DNA of 64,000 bases. Origin: an uncultured Alphaproteobacteria bacterium. GTDB lineage: Bacteria > Pseudomonadota > Alphaproteobacteria > HIMB59. Location: assembly GCA_902521835.1 (NCBI GenBank), contig CABYTH010000001.1:22602-86601 (forward strand), written 5' to 3'. The notes beneath the pieces are model-generated. The model worked only from the letters and a program-made list of their open reading frames with translations, was not told where the DNA came from and searched no databases. Positions 9,679-17,490 of this stretch are shown piece after piece; position 1 is the stretch's first letter; every line of letters begins with the position of its first letter. A program made the position numbers and the translations under genes.

Positions 9679-11952
9679 ATGGTTAATCAACTTGTAGCAG
9701 CAATAAAACCCTCTCAAATTCCAGGTTCTGATCCCCAGTCAACAAAATACTTAATCGTTCCAATATTTATATTTTTTGCCCTAATGATTTTTGCAATGAT
9801 TAGAGGACCACAAATAATTTCAGGCTCGGGTATTGGAACTGCAATTATGGTTTCAACACCTCTTATTCTTGCTACTTATGCCCTTACTGCGTTGGCTTTA
9901 GCCGGTAGAGTGACAGTCGATTTATCTATAGGACCACTTATTGGTTTTATTAATGTAACGACAATACAACTTTATGCTGCAGGTTACATTCAATCGCCAG
10001 TTGCGTATTTCATATGTGCTCTTGCAATAGGAGTAATTTACCAATTTCTTTATGCCTTAATCGTAATTTTTATTAGAGTTCAACCAATAATAGTTGCCTT
10101 AAGTATGTTTCTTGCTTTCTCTGGTATCAATTTAGTTATTTTACCAAGACCAGGAGGAAGAGCACCTGATTGGATGTTATCTTGGAGTGCTGGAACTGAG
10201 GTAGTACAACCCACACTGATACTTTTAATTTTCTCGACACTTATTTGGTATGCACTAACTCATACTGCTTACTGGCAACATTTAAAATTAATGGGTTCAG
10301 ATGAAAAGTCTGCTTATACAAGTGGAGTGAGAATTTACATTGTAAGAATTGGTGCCCATATTATCGGTGGAGTTTACGCTGCACTCGCAGCTATTGCTTT
10401 TACAGGTTTGATTGGTTCCGGAGACCCAACTCAAGGTACTACTTATACATTGATGGCAGTTACTGCACTTGTATTAGGTGGGTCAAGTTTAATTGGTGGA
10501 AGAGGCGGTGCGTTTGGAGCTATTCTAGGTTCAGTTAACATTTATTTGATAAATTTTATTCTATCAACTTTTAGGTTTGAAAGATTTCAAAGTTTCGTAA
10601 CAGACTTATCGTATGGTGCGGTATTGGTGGCTTCTCTTTTAATACTTATTGCGCTTCCTTATATTCAAAAAGCATTCAAAAATTTATCAGTTTTTGTATT
10701 TTTTATTATTGGAACATTAAGTGCTGCTGCTGTTCAAATACATATGAAATTTGATCAAGTAACCAGAGGGACTGTGGGAGGTTTTGGAGGTAAATCTAAA
10801 GATGCTGAAATTTTTGAAAAAGCTCTTGAGTCCGGGAGTGATTGTTTAATCACAGGTAAGGCATGCGCAGAGGGTGGAAATTCTACAGTGTGGATGTTTA
10901 TTGCTATCGGAATAGCAGCCTTGATTTATCTCGTCTATTTGCTTGTTAAACATAGAGATGGCCCAACAGTGTCTTTTATTATTGCAGCAATTGTTATTTT
11001 CTTCGGTTGTGTTTGGAGTGGCACGAGAGAGGCTTATTTCGTTAACGCTGATTTGGGTACCAACTTACAATATATTTTAAATTATGCCCCTCAGTATTTT
11101 ACATCTGAATATCTAAGAGTTGGTGCAGGATTGCCTGATTTTTCATCTTCTTCGAGTGCTTTAGTTGGCCTCGCTTACGCTGTCGCAACTTTAGGAGGAA
11201 TAGTTTTCTTTACATCTGCGATAGTAATAATTGCTATGCCAAGATTTAGAAAAGAAATCAAAACACAAACATTGGTATTATTTGCAATAGCAATTTCATT
11301 TATTGTATTTGCTGCAATATCTTATTACGGAATTGAGTCAAATAGACAGAGTTTCTTTGGCATAGATGGATACGCTGTAATACTAATTTTATTTTTACTT
11401 TTTTTACTCACGGCACCAACTCTTTTTTCGAATATCAATTTGAATAATGTTTTCATTATTTTCCTCGGTGTATTAGCAATACTCGCTGTATACTTTTTAG
11501 CCTCACCATCTGGAACAATTATTACTGATGATGGAAGTAAGTTTTACTCTCCAATTATTACAGAATTAATTGTTGGCGATACATCATCAATCAACTATAC
11601 AAGACCTATACGAGGAGAATTTATCACAAGTGATGTTACTTGGCTTAAAGAAGCAGCTCTAATTATATTTGCAATATTTGTATTTCAATTTTTTACATAT
11701 TTAACAATGGGAGCAAAAATATCATTTGCTAGATTCAGACCTTACATTGCTATTTTAAGTATAGCTGCATTAACATGGTCTGCGATGTTCTTCGCAATTG
11801 GTTATCCTTATTGGAAAATGATTTTAATTACTGCAATTGGAATAGCTATTTCGCCTCTGATATGGCAAGCGTTTGGTGTTTATAAAATAAAATTAAAATC
11901 TCAAGAAGGACTTGAAAAATGGGGAGGTCTATCAGAAGATAGAAAAGTTTAG
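9679..11952 (+). CDS. ABC transporter permease (RbsC/BPD_transp_2-like) with a large additional C-terminal membrane region
   Basis: DLSIG, VTALVLGGSSLIGGRGG in the first ~330 aa; many further hydrophobic helices follow. Confidence 0.8.
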   Translation: MVNQLVAAIKPSQIPGSDPQSTKYLIVPIFIFFALMIFAMIRGPQIISGSGIGTAIMVSTPLILATYALTALALAGRVTVDLSIGPLIGFINVTTIQLYAAGYIQSPVAYFICALAIGVIYQFLYALIVIFIRVQPIIVALSMFLAFSGINLVILPRPGGRAPDWMLSWSAGTEVVQPTLILLIFSTLIWYALTHTAYWQHLKLMGSDEKSAYTSGVRIYIVRIGAHIIGGVYAALAAIAFTGLIGSGDPTQGTTYTLMAVTALVLGGSSLIGGRGGAFGAILGSVNIYLINFILSTFRFERFQSFVTDLSYGAVLVASLLILIALPYIQKAFKNLSVFVFFIIGTLSAAAVQIHMKFDQVTRGTVGGFGGKSKDAEIFEKALESGSDCLITGKACAEGGNSTVWMFIAIGIAALIYLVYLLVKHRDGPTVSFIIAAIVIFFGCVWSGTREAYFVNADLGTNLQYILNYAPQYFTSEYLRVGAGLPDFSSSSSALVGLAYAVATLGGIVFFTSAIVIIAMPRFRKEIKTQTLVLFAIAISFIVFAAISYYGIESNRQSFFGIDGYAVILILFLLFLLTAPTLFSNINLNNVFIIFLGVLAILAVYFLASPSGTIITDDGSKFYSPIITELIVGDTSSINYTRPIRGEFITSDVTWLKEAALIIFAIFVFQFFTYLTMGAKISFARFRPYIAILSIAALTWSAMFFAIGYPYWKMILITAIGIAISPLIWQAFGVYKIKLKSQEGLEKWGGLSEDRKV

Positions 11953-11955
11953 TAA

Positions 11956-13347
11956 ATGGAGAAAAGAACTCATAATTTTTTAAAAGGACTTGGAATTCTT
12001 TTTGCTGTTGCTGCTGGGATAGGTACTGCAGTTCTTGGTTATGTAGATAGAACTGATTGGATACAGGTTGCATTTTACTCTGTAGCTGTTGTTGCCATTA
12101 TTCTTTGGGGCTGGCATTTTTTCTTAGTTAGATGGTCTTATCGATCTTTAGTAAAGGAAGATGGATCTAAACCTCCTGAAACTACTGAAACCACAAGCAA
12201 AAGAAGCCTTTTTTGGGACCTCATTGCAAAGAACTGGATAGCTGTTACGGGATTTTTACTTCTTTTAGGCCTTTTTATATTACTATGTTTTTTGGTACCT
12301 GGGTTCTTCTCAGGTAGAACAGTCGTATCAGCAATCATATTATTAGGTTTTTTAATCTTAGCATTTCTTGCTTACAAATTCTTAAACATTAACAAAAGCG
12401 TAATTATAGGAGTCGCCGTACTAGTTGGTCTTTTTATAATAGGATCAGTTTCTATTGATGGCTTCTTATCATTACAGAATATTAAATCTATGTTAGTTTT
12501 TGCTTCTTTCTTAGGAATTGCAACAATTGGACAGACATTAGTTGTGATGTTAGGCGGCCTCGATTTATCAATACCATTTTTAATCGGAGCGACTAATTTA
12601 GGATTAATGTCACTTATTTCACTTGGAGTTCCTCCTTGGCTTGCGTTTATAGTTATACTTGCATTTGGCACGATCGTCGGGCTTTTTAATGGGTTGATAA
12701 GTTTTAACCTCCAAGGTCAATCACTAATAGTCACGCTTGGAGTTGGCTTCATGGTAGTAGGTGGAGTACAGATATTGGTATCACTTCCTACTGTTACAGG
12801 TGGAACTGTTTTTGGTGTTGTTCCAGATTGGTTAAAAAATTTGGCCTCATTAAATGGAAAATTTTTTGGTCTTCCAATACCTCCAGTTATTTTAATTTGG
12901 ATATTGATTTCAATTTTATTAATTATTGGACTTAGACACACTAAGTGGGGAAGGAATTTATATGCTGTTGGTGGAAAAAGGTTATCTGCTGACAGATTAT
13001 CAATTTCTGAGAGAGCATATTGGGTTGGAGTTTATGTCATTAGTGGATTTACCTCCGCAGCAACTGGGGCAATGTTACTGGGTTGGAGTGGTGGAGGGTT
13101 CATTGGTGTAGGTGATCAATATTTATTTTTAACAGTGGCAGCTGTGGCTGTAGGAGGAACTTCTTTATTAGGTGGATATGGAGGATACGGCTTTACAGTA
13201 ATCGGTGTTCTTGCACTGCAAGTAATTAGTACATTTTTGGCAGGTCTAGGCTTAAGTTTTGAGGGTCAGCAATTTATATTTGGTCTTCTTATTTTACCTC
13301 TTGTTGCTCTTTACTCCAGAGCACCCCATATTAGGGAGCAAATATAA
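11956..13347 (+). CDS. ABC transporter permease (RbsC-like) with N-terminal extra TM region
   Basis: GQTLVVMLGGLDLSIP, WGRNLYAVGG, VAAVAVGGTSLLGGYGG. Confidence 0.88.
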   Translation: MEKRTHNFLKGLGILFAVAAGIGTAVLGYVDRTDWIQVAFYSVAVVAIILWGWHFFLVRWSYRSLVKEDGSKPPETTETTSKRSLFWDLIAKNWIAVTGFLLLLGLFILLCFLVPGFFSGRTVVSAIILLGFLILAFLAYKFLNINKSVIIGVAVLVGLFIIGSVSIDGFLSLQNIKSMLVFASFLGIATIGQTLVVMLGGLDLSIPFLIGATNLGLMSLISLGVPPWLAFIVILAFGTIVGLFNGLISFNLQGQSLIVTLGVGFMVVGGVQILVSLPTVTGGTVFGVVPDWLKNLASLNGKFFGLPIPPVILIWILISILLIIGLRHTKWGRNLYAVGGKRLSADRLSISERAYWVGVYVISGFTSAATGAMLLGWSGGGFIGVGDQYLFLTVAAVAVGGTSLLGGYGGYGFTVIGVLALQVISTFLAGLGLSFEGQQFIFGLLILPLVALYSRAPHIREQI

Positions 13348-13394
13348 AAAAATGTCTTTAATCAACAGATTTTGTTGTTTTTACAATGAATATT

Positions 13395-13413
13395 TATTTC
13401 AAAATATGAAACA
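13395..13413. promoter_or_regulatory. Palindromic operator candidate, copy 2 (TATTTCA-aaata-TGAAACA), upstream of the rhodopsin-flotillin operon
   Basis: Same 7-5-7 inverted repeat as 7312 and 19592; 57 nt before the rhodopsin ATG. Confidence 0.62.
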
Positions 13414-13470
13414 AAAATTATTATTAGTTAAAGAGGACGGGTAATATGTATTTAAGAGGAATAAGTTTTA

Positions 13471-14172
13471 ATGAATAAAATGCTTCTCCCTTACGACATT
13501 GTAGGGGGGTCTTTCTGGTTAATTTCTGTTGGCATGATTGGTGCCACATTGTTTTTCTTTTTTGAGCGTAGCAAAGTAAGCACAAGATTTCATACACCGA
13601 TGACAATGATAGCTGTTGTATGCTTGATGTCCTCTATACATTATTTTTTCGTAAAAAATCTCTGGGTAGTCAGCGGCACCGCCCCGACTTTATTAAGATA
13701 TATAGATTGGTTTCTTAACTTTCCAATGCTTGTGCTTATTTTTTATGCAATGCTTATGTCAGTTGTCAAAGTTAAACAAGGTATGTTCTGGAGATTATTG
13801 GTTGGAACTTTAGTTTTTGTTGTAGCAGGTTTCTTAGGTGCAGCGGGTTATATGAGCAAGACATTAGGTTTCATTGTTTGGTTAGCTGGATGGTTGTACA
13901 TCCTCGGTGAGCTATATGTTGGAGAAGCCGGCAGAGCAAATGCTAGATGCGGAAACGAAAATGTACAAATGGTTTTCTTCTCGAACAGACTTATTATCAC
14001 AATTGGATGGGCTATATATCCAATGGGATATTTCATAGAGCATTTGGGCGGGGGCATTGACCCCAATAGTGTTAATGTAATTTATAATTTAGCAGACTTT
14101 TTAAATAAAATAGTTTTTGGTTTAATAATTTACAAAGCAGCAATACAAGACATGAGAGTTAATGGACAATAA
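13471..14172 (+). CDS. Microbial rhodopsin, proteorhodopsin paralog with DNI motif (flotillin-associated rhodopsin, FArhodopsin type)
   Basis: Seven TM segments; RYIDWFLNFPMLVLIF (D79/N83/I90), GWAIYP, NLADFLNK (Schiff-base K213); directly upstream of flotillin. Confidence 0.92.
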   Translation: MNKMLLPYDIVGGSFWLISVGMIGATLFFFFERSKVSTRFHTPMTMIAVVCLMSSIHYFFVKNLWVVSGTAPTLLRYIDWFLNFPMLVLIFYAMLMSVVKVKQGMFWRLLVGTLVFVVAGFLGAAGYMSKTLGFIVWLAGWLYILGELYVGEAGRANARCGNENVQMVFFSNRLIITIGWAIYPMGYFIEHLGGGIDPNSVNVIYNLADFLNKIVFGLIIYKAAIQDMRVNGQ

Positions 14173-14199
14173 CATCAACTTAGGAGGTGATAAATAGGT

Positions 14200-16188
14200 A
14201 TGAACATTACTAGTGGTGCAGATATTATTGCAATAATAATCTTAATAGCGTTAGCAATAGCAATTATAGTTTACTTGCTACATTGGCTGTACAGGCGTTC
14301 CTCAAAGGAAATAGCGTTTGTTAGAACTGGTATGGGAGGTGAACAAGTTGTGATCAGCGGAGGTGCCTTCGTTTTACCTATTATTCATAACATTACCTCA
14401 GTGGGTATGAAAACTCTTTGTATAGAGGTTCAACGAAACGGCAGTAAATCATTTATTACAAAAAATAGAATGAGGGCTGAAGTAACCGCTGAATTCTATG
14501 TGAGAGTAGCTCCCACAACCGAAGCTGTCTCAATAGCAGCGCAAACATTGGGAAATAGAACATTAGAGCCTGACCATTTAAAGGAGCTTGTTCAAGGTCG
14601 ATTTGTTGATGGACTAGGTGTTGTAGCCGCAAAAATGAGCCTTGATGAAATTCAAGAGAATAGATCTGAGTACATTAAAAAAGTTGCAACTCATGTTGAA
14701 GAAGCAATTAAGCATACTGGTTTGGAGTTAGAGACTGTGTCTTTGACATCTCTTAACCAAGCACCCGTGGGTGTATTCGACCCTTCAAATACATTTGATG
14801 CAGAGGGTTTAACTCAAATAACAGAATTTACTCAGTCACGTAAAAAGAAAAGAAATGATATTGAGAAAGATACAGAGGTAAGTATTCGAAATAAAAACCT
14901 CCAATCTATCAAGCAAACTCTTGAAATTGAAAAAGAGGAAGAATTTTCAAAGTATCAACAAAAACGCGAAATCGAACAACAAAGAGCTATTGAAAATACT
15001 GAGACCGTCAAAACAAAAGCTGAGAAAGATAAAGAGTCTGAGCTGGCTGAAATCTCCTCAGAAAAAGATATTGAAATTGCTAAGATTAGCAAGAAAGACT
15101 TTGTTGAGATGGAAAAAAGTTTACAAGAAACTAAACTTATTCAAGAAATTGAGAAAAGAAGAAAAGAACAAAATGAGTTTAAACAACAAACTTCTATCGA
15201 GATTAAACAGAAAGATATTGAGACAGAAAAAACTATTCTTGAATTGGAAAGAGATGTTGAATTCAGTCGTCTAGAAAAACAAAGATCAGTTGATATTAAA
15301 CTTGCTGAGGAAAAAGCTCAAACAGCAAAAGAAGAGGCTAGAAAAAGATATGAGTCTGAAGAGGCTTATATTATGGCTGAGGAGCAAATTAAAAATGCAA
15401 AAACCGCTCAACAGAAAAATGTTGATGCGTTCAAAATTGCTGCTGAGCAAGAGACAAGAGTCTTAGATATTGAAAAGGCAAAAAGAATAGAAATTGAAGA
15501 AAAGCAAAAACAAATGGAAGTCCTAGAAAAATCTAAGTCAGTCTTAAAAACTAAAATGGAAGAAGAAAATGCTCGCGCTAAAGCTGTAGAAGCTGAGGAA
15601 AAAGTCAACACCATTAGAGATGTTGAACAAGCTGAGAAGACAAAAGCTCTAGGAGTAATAGACGCTAGTAAAAATGCTGAGAGAGAAAAATTAGCATCGA
15701 TGGCTGCGAAAATTAGATATGAAATTGAAGCAGCTGGCAAAAAAGCGCTAAATGAAGCGGAAAATGCTAGAAGCGATGCAAGTAGAAGAAGTGCTCTTAG
15801 ACAAAAACTCGCTGAAAAAATTGAGGGTATTATTAGAGAATGGGTTAGACCAATGCAAAACATTGACTCAATTAAAGTTGTCGATGTAAATGGATTACCT
15901 GGATTTAGTCAGGGAGGAGGAGCTGAAGGAAGCGGCAACGCTGATAACCCCTCTGCATCTTCAGGTGGATATTCAAAAAAAGGATCTTTAGCAGATAACG
16001 TTGTTAATTCTGCTCTTCGATACAGAGCACAACAGCCGTTCTTAGATAGTCTTTTAAAAGAAATTGGTATGTCGCCCGGTGAGGCAAGTAATATCAGGAA
16101 CATTCTTGGTGACTATGATGATCCTAAGAAGGACAAGCATATGAGATTTGATGAGCAAGCCACAAAGACACCCAGGAAAAAGAAATAG
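14200..16188 (+). CDS. Flotillin (SPFH/band 7) family protein
   Basis: N-terminal TM helix, AFVRTGMGG..GGAFVLP, FDPSNTFDAEGLT, long coiled coil, C-terminal PMQNIDSIKVV and SALRYRAQQP; GGAGG RBS. Confidence 0.92.
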   Translation: MNITSGADIIAIIILIALAIAIIVYLLHWLYRRSSKEIAFVRTGMGGEQVVISGGAFVLPIIHNITSVGMKTLCIEVQRNGSKSFITKNRMRAEVTAEFYVRVAPTTEAVSIAAQTLGNRTLEPDHLKELVQGRFVDGLGVVAAKMSLDEIQENRSEYIKKVATHVEEAIKHTGLELETVSLTSLNQAPVGVFDPSNTFDAEGLTQITEFTQSRKKKRNDIEKDTEVSIRNKNLQSIKQTLEIEKEEEFSKYQQKREIEQQRAIENTETVKTKAEKDKESELAEISSEKDIEIAKISKKDFVEMEKSLQETKLIQEIEKRRKEQNEFKQQTSIEIKQKDIETEKTILELERDVEFSRLEKQRSVDIKLAEEKAQTAKEEARKRYESEEAYIMAEEQIKNAKTAQQKNVDAFKIAAEQETRVLDIEKAKRIEIEEKQKQMEVLEKSKSVLKTKMEEENARAKAVEAEEKVNTIRDVEQAEKTKALGVIDASKNAEREKLASMAAKIRYEIEAAGKKALNEAENARSDASRRSALRQKLAEKIEGIIREWVRPMQNIDSIKVVDVNGLPGFSQGGGAEGSGNADNPSASSGGYSKKGSLADNVVNSALRYRAQQPFLDSLLKEIGMSPGEASNIRNILGDYDDPKKDKHMRFDEQATKTPRKKK

Positions 16189-16197
16189 GTATAAAAC

Positions 16198-16587
16198 ATG
16201 AGTATAGATGTAAAATCCTGGGCAAAAAAATATAAAGAGCTTACTGAAAAAGATGAAACCATAAAAGCGATGGCTAAATATTATACTTGTTCATTTCTTT
16301 TCGACATGGGTAGTGTGAAAGTAATTATCGAGATGCACGATGGAAAGGTAAAAAATATTAATACCAACCCTGGAGGTTTAGATCCATATGACTTTGCATT
16401 AAGGGCATCAGAGCAAACATGGAGAGAGTTTGCAAAGCCTGTTCCAAAACCTATGTTTCATGGTATCTATGCAGCCTCATTTAGAGAAGACCTTAAAATC
16501 GAGGGCAATCATTTAGTCTTAATGCAAAATCTTAGAAACTTTACTGTTCAATTTGAATTGCTAAGGCAATCAGGAGTTCCAGTATGA
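16198..16587 (+). CDS. SCP2-like (sterol carrier/lipid-binding) small protein
   Basis: DFALRASEQTWREF and LKIEGNH..LMQNL resemble the SCP2 fold; adjacent to an alpha/beta hydrolase. Confidence 0.6.
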   Translation: MSIDVKSWAKKYKELTEKDETIKAMAKYYTCSFLFDMGSVKVIIEMHDGKVKNINTNPGGLDPYDFALRASEQTWREFAKPVPKPMFHGIYAASFREDLKIEGNHLVLMQNLRNFTVQFELLRQSGVPV

Positions 16588-16612
16588 TTAAGAAAATTGA
16601 AAGGAAAAATTT

Positions 16613-17476
16613 ATGGCAGTAAAACATCATGACCCAATAGGTAGATATGTTACCATCGAGGTAGATGGTCAACAGTATAAAGTCTTTTATCTTTCAAATG
16701 GAAAAGGTACTCCATTAGTATGTCAGCATACTGCAGGATGTCACAATCATCAGTGGAGAGGATTACTGGAAGATGAAGAAATTACTCAAAATTATCAAGT
16801 TATCGCTTACGACCTTCCAAGACATGGTAAATCAGACCCACCTCATAATACGGAATGGTGGAAAGAGGAATACAAATTAACTGCAGAGCATTATTGTAAT
16901 TTTATAGTAGAACTTTGTAAGGCCCTAGACCTTGAAAACCCTATATTTATGGGTTCTTCATTCGGAGGAAACGTGGCTCTTCAATTAGCTCTGAAGTATC
17001 CTAATAAATTTAAAGCTGTGATCCCTGTCGAGGCTGCGCATTACTCCCCTGGTTTTTATATTGATTGGTGGAGGCATCCTCATGCCAATGCAGCTCAAGT
17101 GTGTGGTAGTGGAGTTTGGGATTTAATGGCTCCACAATCTCCAGATATGGATAGATGGTTAACTTGGCATTATTACACTCAAGGATCAGAGGCTTTTAAA
17201 GGAGACCTTCATTTTTATTCAGTTGATCATGATTTAAGAGATGAGCTACAAAATATCGATGGTCACAAGTGCCCTGTTATCATGCTGACTGGTACTTATG
17301 ACTACCTAACCCCTCCCGAAGCAACAGAAGATACTGCCAGACAAATAAAAGGAGGAGTTTATATTGAAATGAGAGATATTGGTCATTTCCCGATGAGTGA
17401 AAACCATGAAGTCTTTAGAGTATATTTATTAGAGGCACTCAGAATTATTAAGGAAAAGACTGATTACAACTCTTAA
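16613..17476 (+). CDS. Alpha/beta hydrolase
   Basis: HTAG oxyanion region, YDLPRHGKSDP, GSSFGG nucleophile elbow, GTYDYL Asp, GHFPMSEN His. Confidence 0.88.
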   Translation: MAVKHHDPIGRYVTIEVDGQQYKVFYLSNGKGTPLVCQHTAGCHNHQWRGLLEDEEITQNYQVIAYDLPRHGKSDPPHNTEWWKEEYKLTAEHYCNFIVELCKALDLENPIFMGSSFGGNVALQLALKYPNKFKAVIPVEAAHYSPGFYIDWWRHPHANAAQVCGSGVWDLMAPQSPDMDRWLTWHYYTQGSEAFKGDLHFYSVDHDLRDELQNIDGHKCPVIMLTGTYDYLTPPEATEDTARQIKGGVYIEMRDIGHFPMSENHEVFRVYLLEALRIIKEKTDYNS

Positions 17477-17490
17477 TTCAAGTTTGAGTT

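Noticed and set aside
13471-14172. Calling the rhodopsin a canonical proteorhodopsin pump, or a brand-new family
   Set aside because: It lacks the DTE motif (has DNI), and DNI rhodopsins next to flotillin are already described as FArhodopsins. The novelty here is the regulon and tag context.
14921-16103. Alternative-frame and antisense ORFs inside flotillin, and similar short shadow ORFs in other genes (e.g. 5140..5415, 12138..12941, 35707..36228, 58682..58966)
   Set aside because: They are fully nested in well-supported genes, carry no motifs, and are typical shadows of codon bias.
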